Shown here piece by piece: positions 26,196-40,239 of a stretch of DNA of 64,000 nt. The stretch is taken from positions 13,702,001 to 13,766,000 of the forward strand of contig NC_043025.1 of assembly GCF_006345805.1 (NCBI RefSeq). Reading direction: 5' to 3'. This DNA comes from Octopus sinensis. Taxonomy: Eukaryota. Both the position numbers and the translations under genes were made by a program. The number at the start of each line of letters is the position of its first letter. Positions within the stretch are counted from its first letter, which is position 1. The notes below the pieces were generated by a model that saw nothing but the letters and a program-made list of their open reading frames with translations, was not told the DNA's origin and did no database searches.

Positions 26196-29089
26196 GCAAA
26201 AAGATGTCCCCATCTTCGCTCGTGGTATCGAACATGGCCCCTTTTTAAGGCAGTAGTATGTAATGAGAGGGTGATTTAGCTGCTATTTTTTTGTCAGGTT
26301 GCACAACAGCCTATTAACTGGTGAGTGCAACCTCTCACTCCCAGTAGCCCACACACTGACATTGTCATACACAAAGCCACACAAACACACACGTGTGTAT
26401 ATATATATATATACATAGACACACACAAACACGTAAAAATAGACAGTCACACATATATATATATATATATAAATAAACACATATATATATACAAACAAAT
26501 ACATATATACATACAAATATTTACACATATACACACAGTCGTACACATTGACCAGGTAGTTTGGAACAGCAGCAGCAGCTGATGTAAAGACCATTGAAAT
26601 GTGGTCAGACATGTAACCTAGGAACTGGTCAGTGTGACAGAAAGGGGGAGAGGGGGAAGAACAAAGAGACAGAAGTGAAGAAAGGGAGGCGATGTGTATG
26701 CCTGGGATGGTGAAGGAAGAGGTAGAGACAAAGAGGTGGTAGGTGAGAGAGAGACAGATAACAAAGGTGTAGGCAGTCCATGGTGGTTGTAGTGGGAGGA
26801 AGAGAGAGAGAGAAAGAAAACAATGGAAAACACAGACACACAGTTGATCAGTGGAGGGGAGAGAGAGACAGGAGGGCAGTATTGGACAGGTGGTTATGAT
26901 GATGTTGGCAGTGTAGGAAGAACACACACACAAAGTACATTCCCAGCTGGTCACTGGAAGACCAGAATGAGAGAGGGAGATGAAGAACAGAAGAGGGAGA
27001 GGAACATGTCACAGAGGTGAGAGTGATGAGCTAAGAAGACAGACACACACACCTGTGCATATACTCCTTTCAGTCATTTGACTATGGCCATGCTGGAGCC
27101 CCACCTTTAATCGACCCCAGGACTTATTCAATCGATCCGTCTTGCCGAATCACTAAACACACCAGCATCAGTTGTCAAGCGATGTTGGGGGAACAAACAG
27201 ACACATAAACATATACACACACATACATATATATGATGGGCTTCTTTCAGTTTCCTTCTACCAAATCCACTCACAAGGCTTTGGTTGGCCCGTGGCTATA
27301 GTAGAAGACACTTACCCAAGGTGCCACGCAACCCGGAACCATGTGGTTCGTAAGCAAGCTACTTACCACACAGCCGCTCCTGCAGTCTTTCTTTTCCCAA
27401 CATTTGTCTATTTATTAGCAACATCTCACGTAAAATAATTTTTTGTTTTAATCTCAGAATTAAATGGGTTTTGATTTACTATCAGGTGACTTTTGGCCAA
27501 CCCTGATTTGGTAGAAGGAAACTGAAAGAAGCCCGTCACACAAACATAAGTATATGACATTTTTTTCCTTTCCTGTCAAAGAGCATAGGCTCAAAACATC
27601 AGCAACTTCTTTCATTCTCCCTGAGCGTCAGACTAATACACCTGCTCGTTTCCTCACCTGCCTTTGTCTTTTGTTTGCTGTAGATTTGAACTATATAAGC
27701 ACAGACACAAACACAGGAGTCAAGCAGCTGGTCAGTGAAGGCCAGACACTAAGAGCAGAGATTAACGAGAGAGAGAGAGGACAAGACAAAGTCCTTTGCA
27801 CCGGTCACTCTTTCCTTTATGCAGACCAACACCACTACACACAGACAGACACACGAACCTTAGAAGAGAGTGACAAAATGAATAAAAAGTCAAAACAATA
27901 AATAAGATGAAATATATATATATGTTTGAATATAGAGTTAACAGATGAGATCTTTCCTTTTTTTCAGTCATTTGACTGCGGCCATGCTGGAGCACCGCCT
28001 TCAGTCGAACAAATCGACCCCCAGTACTTATTCTATTGGACTCTTTTGCCAAACCGCTAATTTATGGTGACGTGAACACACCAACATTGGTAGGGAGACA
28101 AACACATACACACAAACAAACGCATATATACGACAGGCTTCTTTCAGTTTCTGCCTACCAAATCCACTCACAAGGCATTGGTCGGCCCAAGGCTATAGTA
28201 GAAGACACTTGCCCAAGATGCCACACAGTGGTATTGAGCCCAGAACCATGTGGTTGGTAAGCAAGCTGCTTACCACACAGCCACTCCTGCGCCTATAGAA
28301 AGACGTGTGTGTTTGTCCCCGCACAGGAGCCAGTCCAGTGGCACTAGCAATGACCTTGCTCAAATTTTTTTTACATGCCACCGGCACAAGTGCCAGTAAG
28401 GCGACACTGGTAACGATCATCCAACAAGTACACTCACGTCATAACACTTATGCAACCCAAAATGCCTTGTGAGTGGATTTGGTAGACAGAAACTGAAAGA
28501 AGCCCGTTGTGTATACGTATATATATGTGTGTGTTTGTTTGGCCCTCCTAACATCGTTTGACAACCGATGCTGGTGTGCATACGTCCCCCGTAACTTAGC
28601 AGTTCGGCAAAAGTGACTGATAGAATAAGTCCTGGGGTCGGTGTGCTCCAGCATGGCCACAGTCAAATGACCGAAACAAGTAAAAGAGTATACAAAAGCT
28701 TTGTGAGTGGATTTGGTAGGCGGAAACTGAAAGAAGCTCCTTATCTTAGTGAAGAGGCATGGCTTAGTGGCTAGGGGTACTCGGCTCATGACCAGAGGAT
28801 TATGAGTTCAGTTCCCAGCAGTGTGCTTGAGCAAGACACTTTATTGCTCCAGTCCACTCAGCTGGCAAAAATGAGTAGTACCTGTATTTCAAAAGGGGCC
28901 AGCCTTGTCACACTCTGTGCCCTGCTGAATCTCGCCGGGAACTACGATAAGGGTATGCATGTCTGTGGAGTACTCAGCCACATGCAAATTAATTTCACAA
29001 GCAGGTTGTTCTGGAACCAACAGAGTACCAATTACATATATATCGGCATGGGTGAGCACAAGAGCACGCACGTGTGTGTGTGTAAGTTT

Positions 29090-29358
29090 GTTCCTTCTCT
29101 AGCCCTGCCTGGCTCATAAGGGCCGGCTTTCCCGGGCATATAGGTTCCCCACCTGGACGGGACGCCGGTGAGCTGCAAGATGCAGGAGGAAAGATTGAGA
29201 GAAAGAGTCAGCAGAAGTTTCGCCATTACCTTCTGCCGGAGCCGCGTGGAGCTTAGGTGTTTTCACTCATAAACACACACATCACCCGGTCTGAGATTCG
29301 AACCTGCGATCCCGTGACTGTGAGTCTGCTGCTCTAACCACTAGGCCATGTGCCTCCA
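29090..29358 (-). mobile_element. SINE family C: tRNA head plus V-domain-like body
   Basis: Reverse complement: tggaggcacatggcctagtggttagagc...ggttcgaatctcagacc...ggcgtcccgtccaggtgggg...gagccaggcagggctag. Confidence 0.75.
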
Positions 29359-29739
29359 TATACATGTGTGCACGCCTTCAAGTCCACGTGCGCATACATT
29401 GCGTGAGTGCAAGTACATGTACGAATATCTGCACGCATACATGTGTGTGTGGGTGCAAGTGTGCATATGCCTGTGTGAATGAGTACAAACGTGTGTATTC
29501 CGAAACTGTAAGCGTCTACAAGTTTCCATGTGTGTGTATGTGGGTGCGTGTGTGAGAGTGTATGTGTGTGCTTGACAGAAGATTCTAGTAGCTAGACCAG
29601 ACAAGACAACACTGAAGTAGAACTAGAAGAAGGAAAGAAAGAAAGAGAGAGAGAGAGAGAGAAGGAGGGAAAGAGAGAGGAAGCTGGTTGGCATTCACAG
29701 AGTGTTACCTTCCAGACAGATACAGATCAATATTGAAAC

Positions 29740-30223
29740 AGTAATGATAATAATAATAAGGTTGATGGTGGTGGTGGTGGTGGTGGTAGAGTTAGTAGTG
29801 GTGACAATTGGAACTACAGTGGTGTTGGCGGCGGCAGAGACTGTGATGCGATAATGGTAATGGTGGTGATAATGATGATGATGACAAAAGTCGTGGTGGT
29901 GGTGATGGAGATGATGGTAAACAATAATTGCTGATGCTGAGGAGGAGGAAGATGGTTTCTTTATTTGCCACAAGGACCACGGAGAGAAAGAAGCGGTGGA
30001 GATGTTGATAGTGGGGCAGGACAGGAGACGGGGGGGGGGAACACATTGCAAGGATGAAACACTAAACACAAAAGATGGTGATGATGATGGGGAGGGATGA
30101 GGAGCCGAAGGTATGATGGTGAAAGTAGAAGCAGTAATAGTGGTGGTGGTCATGATGAGGAAAACTACCATTATTATTATTAGTAGTAGTAGTAGTCATG
30201 AGTGTAGGAGGAGGTTGTGATTG

Positions 30224-30262
<39 letters not shown>

Positions 30263-30470
30263 CAATGCTCCACAAATAGCAGCAGCAGCCATGCCACCAT
30301 TTTCCTCTTTGGTTCCCTTCACTTCAGGTCAGTCAGCAGTTTGTGGAAGACAAACCCCGGCCAACCAACCAGGCAGCCAGGCCGGCTGGCCAAGCAGCAG
30401 CCATTCATCCACTTGTGGTGATAGTGATAGTAGAAGTGGTAGGCGGAGGAGGAGGAGAGATAACAGAGAA
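29740..30470. repeat. Trinucleotide mosaic including (GGT)n, (AGT)n and a run of about 12 GAT
   Basis: Direct inspection. Confidence 0.8.
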
Positions 30471-31631
30471 ATAGAGGGAGATATATACACACACACACAC
30501 ACACACTAATAAAGAGAGCTAATGACAATATATATATATGTATATATATACACACACACACAGAAATACATCAATATTTGTTGAGCATCTTTGGTGCAAA
30601 ATACCTTGCTATAACTAGTTGTGCTGCACTCTGTGACGTATGCTCATGTCTTAATAAGGATATATATATATAGATATAGATAGATGGATGGATATAGAGA
30701 GGCAGAGAGATACGTATGGATAGATCTTCACAGACAGATGGATATAGTTCACCAATAGATCCCAGAAGACACTAAAAATAGTGTAGAGTAAAAGACAAAC
30801 ATACAGACACATATATTTATATATATATATATATATACATACACACAGACACATGAGAGACACACAGACATAAATATATTAACTCTCCGTCTTTCTCCTT
30901 CTTTGTCACCCCATCTCAGAGAGAGAGGAAGAGAAAGAGAAGTGAAAGAGAGAGAGACACAGGGATTTCAATATTTGTTAGAGAGAATATCTATGAAAGA
31001 GAGGGAAGTGTAGAAAACATTACATCAGAAACAGAGAGAGGGAAAAAGAGACGTAGATGGAGTGAGAGAGAGAGAGGAGCAATATGCTAATACCGCTGGC
31101 ATACATAGACAATACATATATCGAAGAGATAGTTTGGGGGGGGGAGGTATGGTAGTAAGCCAGTTCTGTGAATGTATATATATATATGGCTAAATATATA
31201 CAGGAGGTACCATACATACAACTGATGCAAAAATATACACACACACACACATAAATAAATATATACATACATTCGCAGACAGGTGTATATCGAGAGAGAC
31301 ATACACCCACATATAATATATGAACATACATTTATGCAATACATAATGGCAGGTGTGTGCGTGTGTATATGTATATATATATATCATATCAAAAGGGAAA
31401 TGGAATTTAAAATATTTAATCAAAATTTACATTTCCAGTGGTCCAACGTGCAAAGAATTTGTCAAAAAGACTATATATTAATTATACGATAGTGTATATT
31501 TATATACACACAAGGAATCTACACATAGGGTGAAGATTCAGCATATTAGAGAGCCACAAAAATAATGGATAAGATTCGACAGGAACAAAAATTTGAAAAT
31601 ATATGTGTGTGTGTGTGTGTATAAATATATA

Positions 31632-32010
31632 CAGGAGTGGCTGTGTGGTAAGTAGCTTGCTAACCAACCACATGGTTCCGGGTTCAGTCCCACTGCGTGG
31701 CACCTTGGGCAAGTGTCTTCTGCTATAGCCTCGGGCCGACCAAAGCCTTGTGAGTGGATTTGGTAGGCGGAAACTGAAAGAAGCCCATCGTATATATGTA
31801 TATATGCGTGTGTGTCTGTGTTTGTCCCCCTAGCATTGCTTGACAACCGATGCTGGTGTGTTTATGTCCCCGTCACTTAGCGGTTCAGCAAAAGAGACCA
31901 ATAGAATAAGTACTGGGCTTACAAAAGAATAAGTCCCGGGGTCAAGTTGCTCGATTAAAGGCGGTGCTCCAGCATGGCCGCAGTCAAATGACTGAAACAA
32001 GTAAAAGAGT
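31632..32010 (+). mobile_element. SINE family A, full length, young subfamily
   Basis: Carries the diagnostic ttgctaaccaacc, cttctgctatagcc, ccctagcattgc and gtactgggcttacaaaag variants. Confidence 0.92.
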
Positions 32011-32399
32011 AAAGAGAGTATATATATATATAAGTGTGTGTCTGTGGATACGGTCATCATTTTGTGGTAAGAAGCTTGCATCCTGAACACATGGTTCTGG
32101 GTTCAGTCCCACTGCATAGCACCGTGGTCAAGTGTGTTCTAATACAGTCTCGGGCCAGCTAAAGCCATGTCAGTGGATTTGGTAGAATATGGATGTGTGC
32201 GTGTTTGTTCTACCCACTCCATCAGTGCTTGACAAATGGTGTGTTTCTGTGTTTATAACTTAGCACTTCAGCAAAAGAGCCTGACAAAATAGGTACCAGG
32301 CTTAGCAAAAACAATTAAGTACTTGGCTTGATTCATTCGACTACTCATTCTTCTTCAAGGTGATGGCCACAGCCTAATTACTGTAAAAAGACAATATAT

Positions 32400-32560
32400 T
32401 CAGGCATTCGCCACTACACATTCTTTACTTTCTCTCTGTTGAAGAGCATAGGCTCGAAACGTTAAAGACTTTTTCAATTCCTGAGCGTTAAACTAATACA
32501 TCAGTTTGTTTTCTACACCACCTGTCTTCATCTTTTGTGAATTCTCCCCCTATATATATA
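32400..32560 (+). mobile_element. Penelope-like terminal fragment with a hammerhead-like variant motif
   Basis: CTGTTGA-A-GAGC-ATAG-GCTC-GAAA-CGTT-AAAGA at 32436-32468. Homologous decayed copies at 27555-27700 and 56560-56715. Confidence 0.5.
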
Positions 32561-34024
32561 TACACACACACATATATATATACGTATATAAAAAGCACCC
32601 ACTACACTCTCGGAGTGGTTGGCATTAGGAAGGGCATCAAGCTGTAGAAATACTGCCAGATTTGACTGGGCCTGGTGCAGCCTTCTGGCTTCCCAGACCC
32701 CAGTTGAACCGTCCAACCCATGCCAGCATGGAAAGCGGACGTTAAACGATGATGATAACACACACAGAAGTGTATGTTATCTGCTGATATAAATGTGTAA
32801 GGACATGTATGTATGGATAGATATATGTGTGCGTGTGTGTGTATATATATATATATATAAAGAGAGAGACAGATGCACACATATTTATACACCCTGATAC
32901 ACATATAATTTTGTAACTCCTATCCTGTAATGAAACACATATATATACATATATGAACATACATACATGGAGACATATAAATAAATGTGCATTTATCCAC
33001 ACACCACTTTGGTTTTACAAATGAGTGAACAAAACAACACACGTGGGTGTATATAATCATCATGCATGTGTGTGTGTATATATTGATAAGCTGGAACAAC
33101 ACTGTAGTGAGGCAGGGGCTCCTACCATCACCCGCTTGAATCCGAAGTCAATGAACTGCACAAAACGTGTTACGTTTTTATTAGTACATTCGTCTGGAAG
33201 TACTACAGCTACTAGTGTGTCTCTCTTTGTGTGCATATAGACTCTTTACTCTTTTACTTGTTTCAGTCATGTGACTGTGGCCATGCTGGGGCACCACCTT
33301 TAGTCAAGCAAAGCGACCCCCCAGGACTTATTCTTTGTAAAGCCTAGTACTCATTCTATCGGTCTCTTTTGCCAAACCACTAAGTTATGGGGACATAAAC
33401 ACACAAGCATCAGTTGTGGGAACAAACACACACACATATATACGATGGGCTTCTTTCAGTTTCCGTCTACCAAATCCACTCACAAGACTTTGGTTGGCCC
33501 GAGGCTATAGAATAAGACACTTTCCCAAGGTGCCACGCAGTGGGACTGAGCCCAGAACCATGTGGTTGGTAAGCAAGCTACTTACCACACAGCCACCCCT
33601 AAGCCTGTATATATTTAGTCTTTTATTCTTTTACTCGTTTCAGTCATGTGTCTGTGGCCATGCTGGGGTACCGCCTTTAGTTGAACAAATCGACTCCAGG
33701 ACTTATTCTATCGGTCTCTTTTGCCGAACCACTAAGTTATGGGGAATGTAAACATGCCAACATCAGTTATCAAGCGATGATGGGTGGATAAATACAGACA
33801 CACATACATACAAGCTGAAGAAAAAACAACAAAAAAAAAGACACGTACTCAGATTGACTTGTTCAAATAAAACCCTTCAAAGCAGTGCCCTAGCATGGCC
33901 ACACTCCAGTGATTGAAACAAGAAAAGGGTGACCTCCTTCTCCACAACTCTGAACTTGGCAGCAACAAGCTGAGAATTTGAGGTGGGATGAAGTAGAGCA
34001 GGGACCTGGTCTGTTGCTTCATGG

Positions 34025-34560
34025 TTTGCGACCCCATAAGACATGGGATGAGGTGGTGAAGCGTGATCTTTGAATGTCGTGCCTCACAGAGGCAATGACT
34101 AGTGACCGAGACCTTTGGCAATATGCTGTGCTTGAGAAGACTCATCAAGTCAAGTGAAACTGTGGTTGTGGCCGATGCCAGTGCTGCCTATCTGACATTC
34201 ATGCCGGTGGCACATAAAAGGCACCACCTGAGCATTAGGCCTCACAGAGGCAATGTGGCCCCGTGCTGGCGTCATGTAAAAAGCACCATTCAAGTGTCAG
34301 GCCTCATGGAGGCAATGTAGCTGATACCAGTGGCACACAAAAACTACCCTTCAAGCATTAGGGCTCACTAAAGCAATGTAGCCGATACTAGTGTCACCTA
34401 ACTGGCACGTAAAAACACCTATTACACTCTCGGAGTGGTTGGTATTTGGAAGGGCATCCAGCCGTAGAAACCCTGCCAGATCAGACTGGAGCAGCCCCCT
34501 CAGCTTACCAGCCCTGGTCAAACCATGCCAGCATGGACAACAGACATTAAATGATAGTCA
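34025..34560 (+). mobile_element. RTE LINE 3' end with expanded ggcac(a/g)taaaa modules and tail
   Basis: RPHKTWDEVVKRDL*MSCLTEAMTSDRDLWQYAVLEKT, then the aggaagggcatccagcc...cattaaatgatag tail. Confidence 0.75.
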
Positions 34561-34570
34561 CCATATCATA

Positions 34571-34786
34571 AGGTGGCGAGCTGGCAGAACCGTTAGTACG
34601 CCGGGCGAAATGCGTAGCCATATTTCATCTGCCGTTACGTTCTAAGTTCAAATTCCGCCAAGGTCGACTTTGCCTTTCATCCTTTCGGGGTCGATAAATT
34701 AAGTACCAGTTATGCACTGGGGTCGATGTAATCGACTTAATACCTTTGTCCCCTCTGTGTTTAGCCCCTTGTGGGCAATAAAGAAA
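34571..34786 (+). mobile_element. SINE family B, full length
   Basis: ggtggcgagctggcagaaccgttag...gttcaaattccgccaaggtcgactttgcctttcatcctttcggggtcgataaattaagtaccag...gggcaataaagaaa. Confidence 0.85.
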
Positions 34787-35095
34787 CAGAGAGTCACCAT
34801 ATTAGATGACAGTACAAGGCCAGGAGACCACTTCAGGGGTTTTGACAATCTCTGGTATTCTTCAACAAGCCCAGTTTGTCTTACGACTGAGGTATATTGC
34901 ATAAGAATGAGCAAATGAGTGGTCTGCATGCGTGCATGCACATCTTTCGCATGATGCAAAATCATTGCAGAGTGCCACAAAACACACACATCGCCCGGTC
35001 TGAGATTCGAACCCGTAATGTTTCGATTGCGAGTCCACTGCTCTAACCACTAGGCCATGGGCCTCCACAGAGAGAAGTTAGACATAAGAGGAAAT

Positions 35096-35345
35096 AGAGG
35101 CTGCACTGGTTTGGTCGTGTGATATGGATAGATGCTGACAGCTCTATAAATAAGTGCTGATCTCTCAAAGTAGACGGAACATATGGATGTGGGAGACCCA
35201 TGAAGACATGGGACGAAGTGCTGAAGAACAACCTCAGGGCGCTGAACCTTCCAGATGAGTTGACAAAGGGCTGAGCTACCTGGCATTTTACTGTGCTCAT
35301 GAAGACTCGTATTCCACAGAAGTGTTAAGGCAGCTCCTCCTGGTG
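35096..35345 (+). mobile_element. RTE LINE ORF2 C-terminal fragment
   Basis: RLHWFGRVIWIDADSSINKC*SLKVDGTYGCGRPMKTWDEVLKNNLRALNLPDELTKG. Confidence 0.75.
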
Positions 35346-36037
35346 AAGAGAACTGGCCTACAAGAGTCATGTGCTGGTGCGGGGCTAAAAGCACCCAGCA
35401 CACACTGTAGCCGTTCAAGAATTTGGACCTGGAGATCTCTATTTCCAGTGACTTCAAGGTCCACCTCCCAGTGGTGTCGGGCGTCAACGAAGAGCCCTCC
35501 ACTACAACAAGACGACCAAAGTTTTTCTTCTTTTTTTCAAGGACTGGGGTCTCCCGCTCCTAAGCCCTAGGCCATCACCTAATCACCCTTACCCGTCTTG
35601 TTGCTTAACAACAACAACAACACTACACACTGTAAAGTGGTTGGCATTAGGAAGGGCATCTAGCTGTAGAATCCATGTCAAATCAGACTGGAGTGTGGTG
35701 CAGCTTGCCATGGCAACATGGAAGTTAAATGGTGATGATGATATTTTCCAACATACAGGCTAAATGGAAAGGTAAATTTGGCAGGATGGTCATTCGCCCG
35801 CTACATCAAAGAAACTAAAGGCCAAAGGAGAAAGAAAAAAAGAACGCACTCAATACCAGAGCTGAAGACACCTCTGAAAGGGGAGGGACCCTGCCATGTT
35901 GAAAACGGTAGAGGAGCAGGAGCTGAAACTGGACATGGTTCCTCCTGACAATGTCTTTAGCCACTGGACCCTATAAAGGAGCTGTTGAGATAGCGAACCA
36001 CAAAACATGATAGGAATTCCTTCCTATAGTGTGAACA

Positions 36038-36966
36038 TTAACCCTTTCATTACCGTATTTATTTTAAATATAACAAAGAATTTAGTAAAATAACTTAGTT
36101 ATCATTCAGCTAGTGTTAGGAACATAAATTGTGACTAAGGTTTGGTGGAAGATTTTAATTCAGAACTTATGGAAACAAGACATTTGTACTACAGAGCCAG
36201 AGATGGTTTCAACCAGGTTGGTATCAAAAGGATTAAGAATTGTTTCTCTATTATATATCTTAACCCTTTTGTTACCATATTTCTTCTGTTGAGATGCTCT
36301 GTGTTTCTTTCAATTAATTTTAGATATAACAAAGAATTTAGTAAAATAACTTAGTTATCATTCAGCTAGTGTTAGGAACATAAATTGTGACTAAGGTTTG
36401 GTGGAAGATTTTAATTCAGAACTTATGCAAACAAGACATTTGTACTACAGAGCCAGAGGTGGTTTCAGCCAGGTTGGTATCAAAAGGATTAAGAATTGTT
36501 TCTCTATTATATATCTTAACCCTTTTGTTACCATATTTCTTCTGTTGAGATGCTCTGTGTTTCTTTCAATTAATTTTAGATATAACAAAGAATTTAGTAA
36601 AATAACTTAGTTATCATTCAGCTAGTGTTAGGAACATAAATTGTGACTAAGGTTTGGTGGAAGATTTTAATTCAGAACTTATGCAAACAAGACATTTGTA
36701 CTACAGAGCCAGAGGTGGTTTCAGCCAGGTTGGTATCAAAAGGATAAGAATTGTTTCTCTATTATATATCTTAACCCTTTTGTTACCATATTTCTTCTGT
36801 TGAGATGCTCTGTGTTTCTTTCAATTAATTTTAGATATAACAAAGAATTTAGTAAAATAACTTAGTTATCATTCAGCTAGTGTTAGGAACATAAATTGTG
36901 ACTAAGGTTTGGTGGAAGATTTTAATTCAGAACTTACATAAACAAGACATTTGTACTACAGTGCCA
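36038..36966. repeat. Tandem array of piggyBac-type MITE plus 23-bp spacer, 256-bp period, about 3.7 copies
   Basis: The ttggtggaag anchor recurs at 36142, 36398, 36654 and 36909. Truncated on the right by a family A SINE. Confidence 0.92.
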
Positions 36967-37719
36967 GTCATTTGACTTCAGCCATGCTGGAGCACCACCT
37001 TTAGTCGACCAAATCGACCCCAGGACTTATTTTTGTAAGCCTAATACTTATTCTATCGGTTGTTTTTGCCGAACCACTAAGTTACAGGGACGTAAACAAA
37101 CTAACATCAGTTGCCGAGCGATGGTAGGGGGATAAACACAGACACACAAGCATACATATATATATATATATATATATACATACAACGGGCTTCTTTCAGT
37201 TTCCATGTACCAACTCCACTCACAAGGCTTTGGTCAACCCAAAGCTATAGCAGACGACACTTGCCCAAGGTGCCACACAGTGGGACTGAACCTGGAACCA
37301 AGCTTCTTAGCGCACAGCCACTCCTGCACCTATTTGGAAAAGAAATGCCCATGGCATACAAGTGGAATTGTTCATTTCCAACACTTTTGCAAGAAAAAAA
37401 GTCTGGCCACAGAGAAAATATTAGGATGCCTAGAAACAGGTCAAGGCTGGCAACAGGAAGGGAGTTGAGCTGCAGAAAACCAACCTTGAAGAATTTCATC
37501 TCACTCATGTAACCATGGAGACGTAAACATTACAATAATGATGATTCATATGAATGTGTGGGTGTGTGTATAGCTGTATATACTTTATTTGCTAGCAAAA
37601 ACTGTCCGACGAACAGGTTTTGTGGAATTTTCTGCTGCTTTAAATAAAACACATTACTCTACCCCTGGTATTTGAGTACTCTTTTTTCCACATTTATGTG
37701 TTTACTCCGGTGTACAGAT

Positions 37720-37892
37720 GTATATATATACGACGGGCTTCTTTCAGTTTCCGCCTACCAAATCCACTCACAAGGCTTTGGTCGGCCCAAGGTTACAGTA
37801 GAAGACATTTGCCCTCGGTGCCACGCAGTGGGACTGAACCCGGAACCATGTGGTTGGTAAGCAAGCTACTTACCACACAGCCACTCCTGCGC

Positions 37893-37931
<39 letters not shown>

Positions 37932-38110
37932 TATATATACAATGGGCTTCTTTCTGTTTCCATCTACCAAATCCACTCACAAGGCTTTGGTCGGCCCAAG
38001 GCTACAGTAGAAGACATTTGCCCTCGGTGCCACGCAGTGGGACTGAACCCGGAACCATGTGGTTGGTAAGCAAGCTACTTACCACACAGCCACTCCTGCG
38101 CCTATATATA

Positions 38111-38143
<33 letters not shown>

Positions 38144-38300
38144 TATATACAATGGGCTTCTTTCTGTTTCCATCTACCAAATCCACTCACAAGGCTTTGG
38201 TCGGCCCAAGGCTACAGTAGAAGACATTTGCCCTCGGTGCCACGCAGTGGGACTGAACCCGGAACCATGTGCTTAGGAAGCCAAGTTTCTTACCACACAG
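37720..38300 (-). repeat. Head-to-tail trimer of the SINE A 5' half, about 210-bp period
   Basis: The gggcttctttc anchor recurs at 37735, 37944 and 38154; all copies share the ttgccctcggtgcc variant. Confidence 0.9.
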
Positions 38301-38714
38301 CCACTCTTGCACTAAAAAGAAAAAAAAACCCAGTAGGTCTCACAGGTACTTTATTTTGTCAACCCCGAAAAGATCAAAAGGCGAAGCTGACCTCAGGAGG
38401 ATTTGAACTCAGGACCATACAAAGAGCCAGAGCAGAAAAAAGAAAATTGCCGCCAAGCATTTTGTGAGAAGCTCTTTCAATGTTTCTGATTTCCAAAGCC
38501 ATAATAGTAAAAACAATGGCTTCTTGCACAGATGCATGATGGGATAGGTCTATGTGGGTGTAGAGGCTGAGGGTGGAAGCGGTGGTGAGTGTAAGGATGA
38601 TGACAGCGGTGGAGAAACGATGGTGTAGCAGTTCTTCAACTTTGATCATTTCCTAATTTACTGCATTCACAGCAATAAACAGACACAATTATATTTAATG
38701 ACCGAGATAAAGAG

Positions 38715-39815
38715 ACAGACCTCTACGTGGCAGCCAGAGATGGTAGAAATAGCAGTCAAATCTCCCTCAATTCACACCGTCCTGTGTATGTCTGTATGTA
38801 TGAGCCAATGAGGGAAACCTTTTACATGGTAGCTATACTTACTAGAAATAGCAACCAAATCTCCCTCATATCACACCCTACTGTCTTATGTATGAGCCAA
38901 TGAGGGAGACCTCTACATGATAGCTAGACCTAGTAGAAAAAGTGGCTAAATCTCCCTCAAATCACACCCTACAGTCTTGTGTGTATATATGTATGTATGA
39001 ACCAATGAGGGAGATCTCTACATAGTAGAAATAGCAACCAAATCTCCCTCATATCACACACTACTGTCTTATGTATGAGCCAATGAGGGAGACCTCTACA
39101 TGATAGCTAGACCTAGTAGAAAAAGTGGCTAAATCTCCCTCAAATCACACCCTACAGTCTTGTGTGTGTATATGTATGTATGAACCAATGAGGGAGATCT
39201 CTACATAGTAGAAATAGCAACCAAATCTCCCTCATATCACACACTACTGTCTTATGTATGAGCCAATGAGGGAGACCTCTACATGATAGCTAGACCTTGT
39301 AGAAAAAGTGGCTAAATCTCCCTCAAATCACACCCTACAGTCTTGTGTGTGTATGTATGTATGAACCAATGAGGGAGATCTCTACATAGTAGAAATAGCA
39401 ACCAAATCTCCCTCATATCACACACTACTGTCTTATGTATGAGCCAATGAGGGAGACCTCTACATGATAGCTAGACCTAGTAGAAAAAGTGGCTAAATCT
39501 CCCTCAAATCACACCCTACAGTCTTGTGTGTGTATATGTATGTATGAACCAATGAGGGAGATCTCTACATAGTAGAAATAGCAACCAAATCTCCCTCATA
39601 TCACACACTACTGTCTTATGTATGAGCCAATGAGGGAGACCTCTACATGATAGCTAGACCTAGTAGAAAAAGTGGCTAAATCTCCCTCAAATCACACCCT
39701 ACAGTCTTGTGTGTGTATGTATGTATGAACCAATGAGGGAGATCTCTACATAGTAGCTTAGACATGGCAGAAATAGCAGCCAAATTTCTCTCAAATCATA
39801 CCCTACTGTCTGATG
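38715..39815. repeat. Tandem array, 181-183 bp dimeric unit (about 105 + 78 bp), about 5.5 copies
   Basis: The ccaatgagggagacc anchor recurs at 38897, 39080, 39263, 39444 and 39627. Confidence 0.95.
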
Positions 39816-40239
39816 TATGTATTACATCATTGAGATTTCAAAGATGTGATTGTTTAATTTCAGAATGACATTGTAGGGCAGGTGTGAGATGTTGGATCTG
39901 GCAAGTTTCAACATGAAACAGGCAGAATACTTGGATCAGATATGCCCGGGTTAAACCTTTTCAATCCAATCCACCTGAGACCACCCCCACTGATTCTATG
40001 ATACAAACTTCCTCTTTTAAAGTGATCTTAGTCTTTTTCCCTTTAAATACCTGCTGCTAGGCTCCAGCAAGTTGTCACATGACACTGTCTCAACTTTAAC
40101 TGACCAATGAAGGGGCATAGTCTCAGCCCAGGCATTCTCTAAATGAGACATTCACCTGTCAATCAGCGAAGCTAATTCAGTGTCAGCCTGTCTCACCTAG
40201 TGATGTTATTTTCCAATGGCATATGACTTTCAAGCCATT

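Noticed and set aside
30198-30509. Asp-rich 103-aa ORF
   Set aside because: Built from GAT/GCA/GGA triplet runs, closed by a stop shortly upstream, and ending in a (CA)n repeat.
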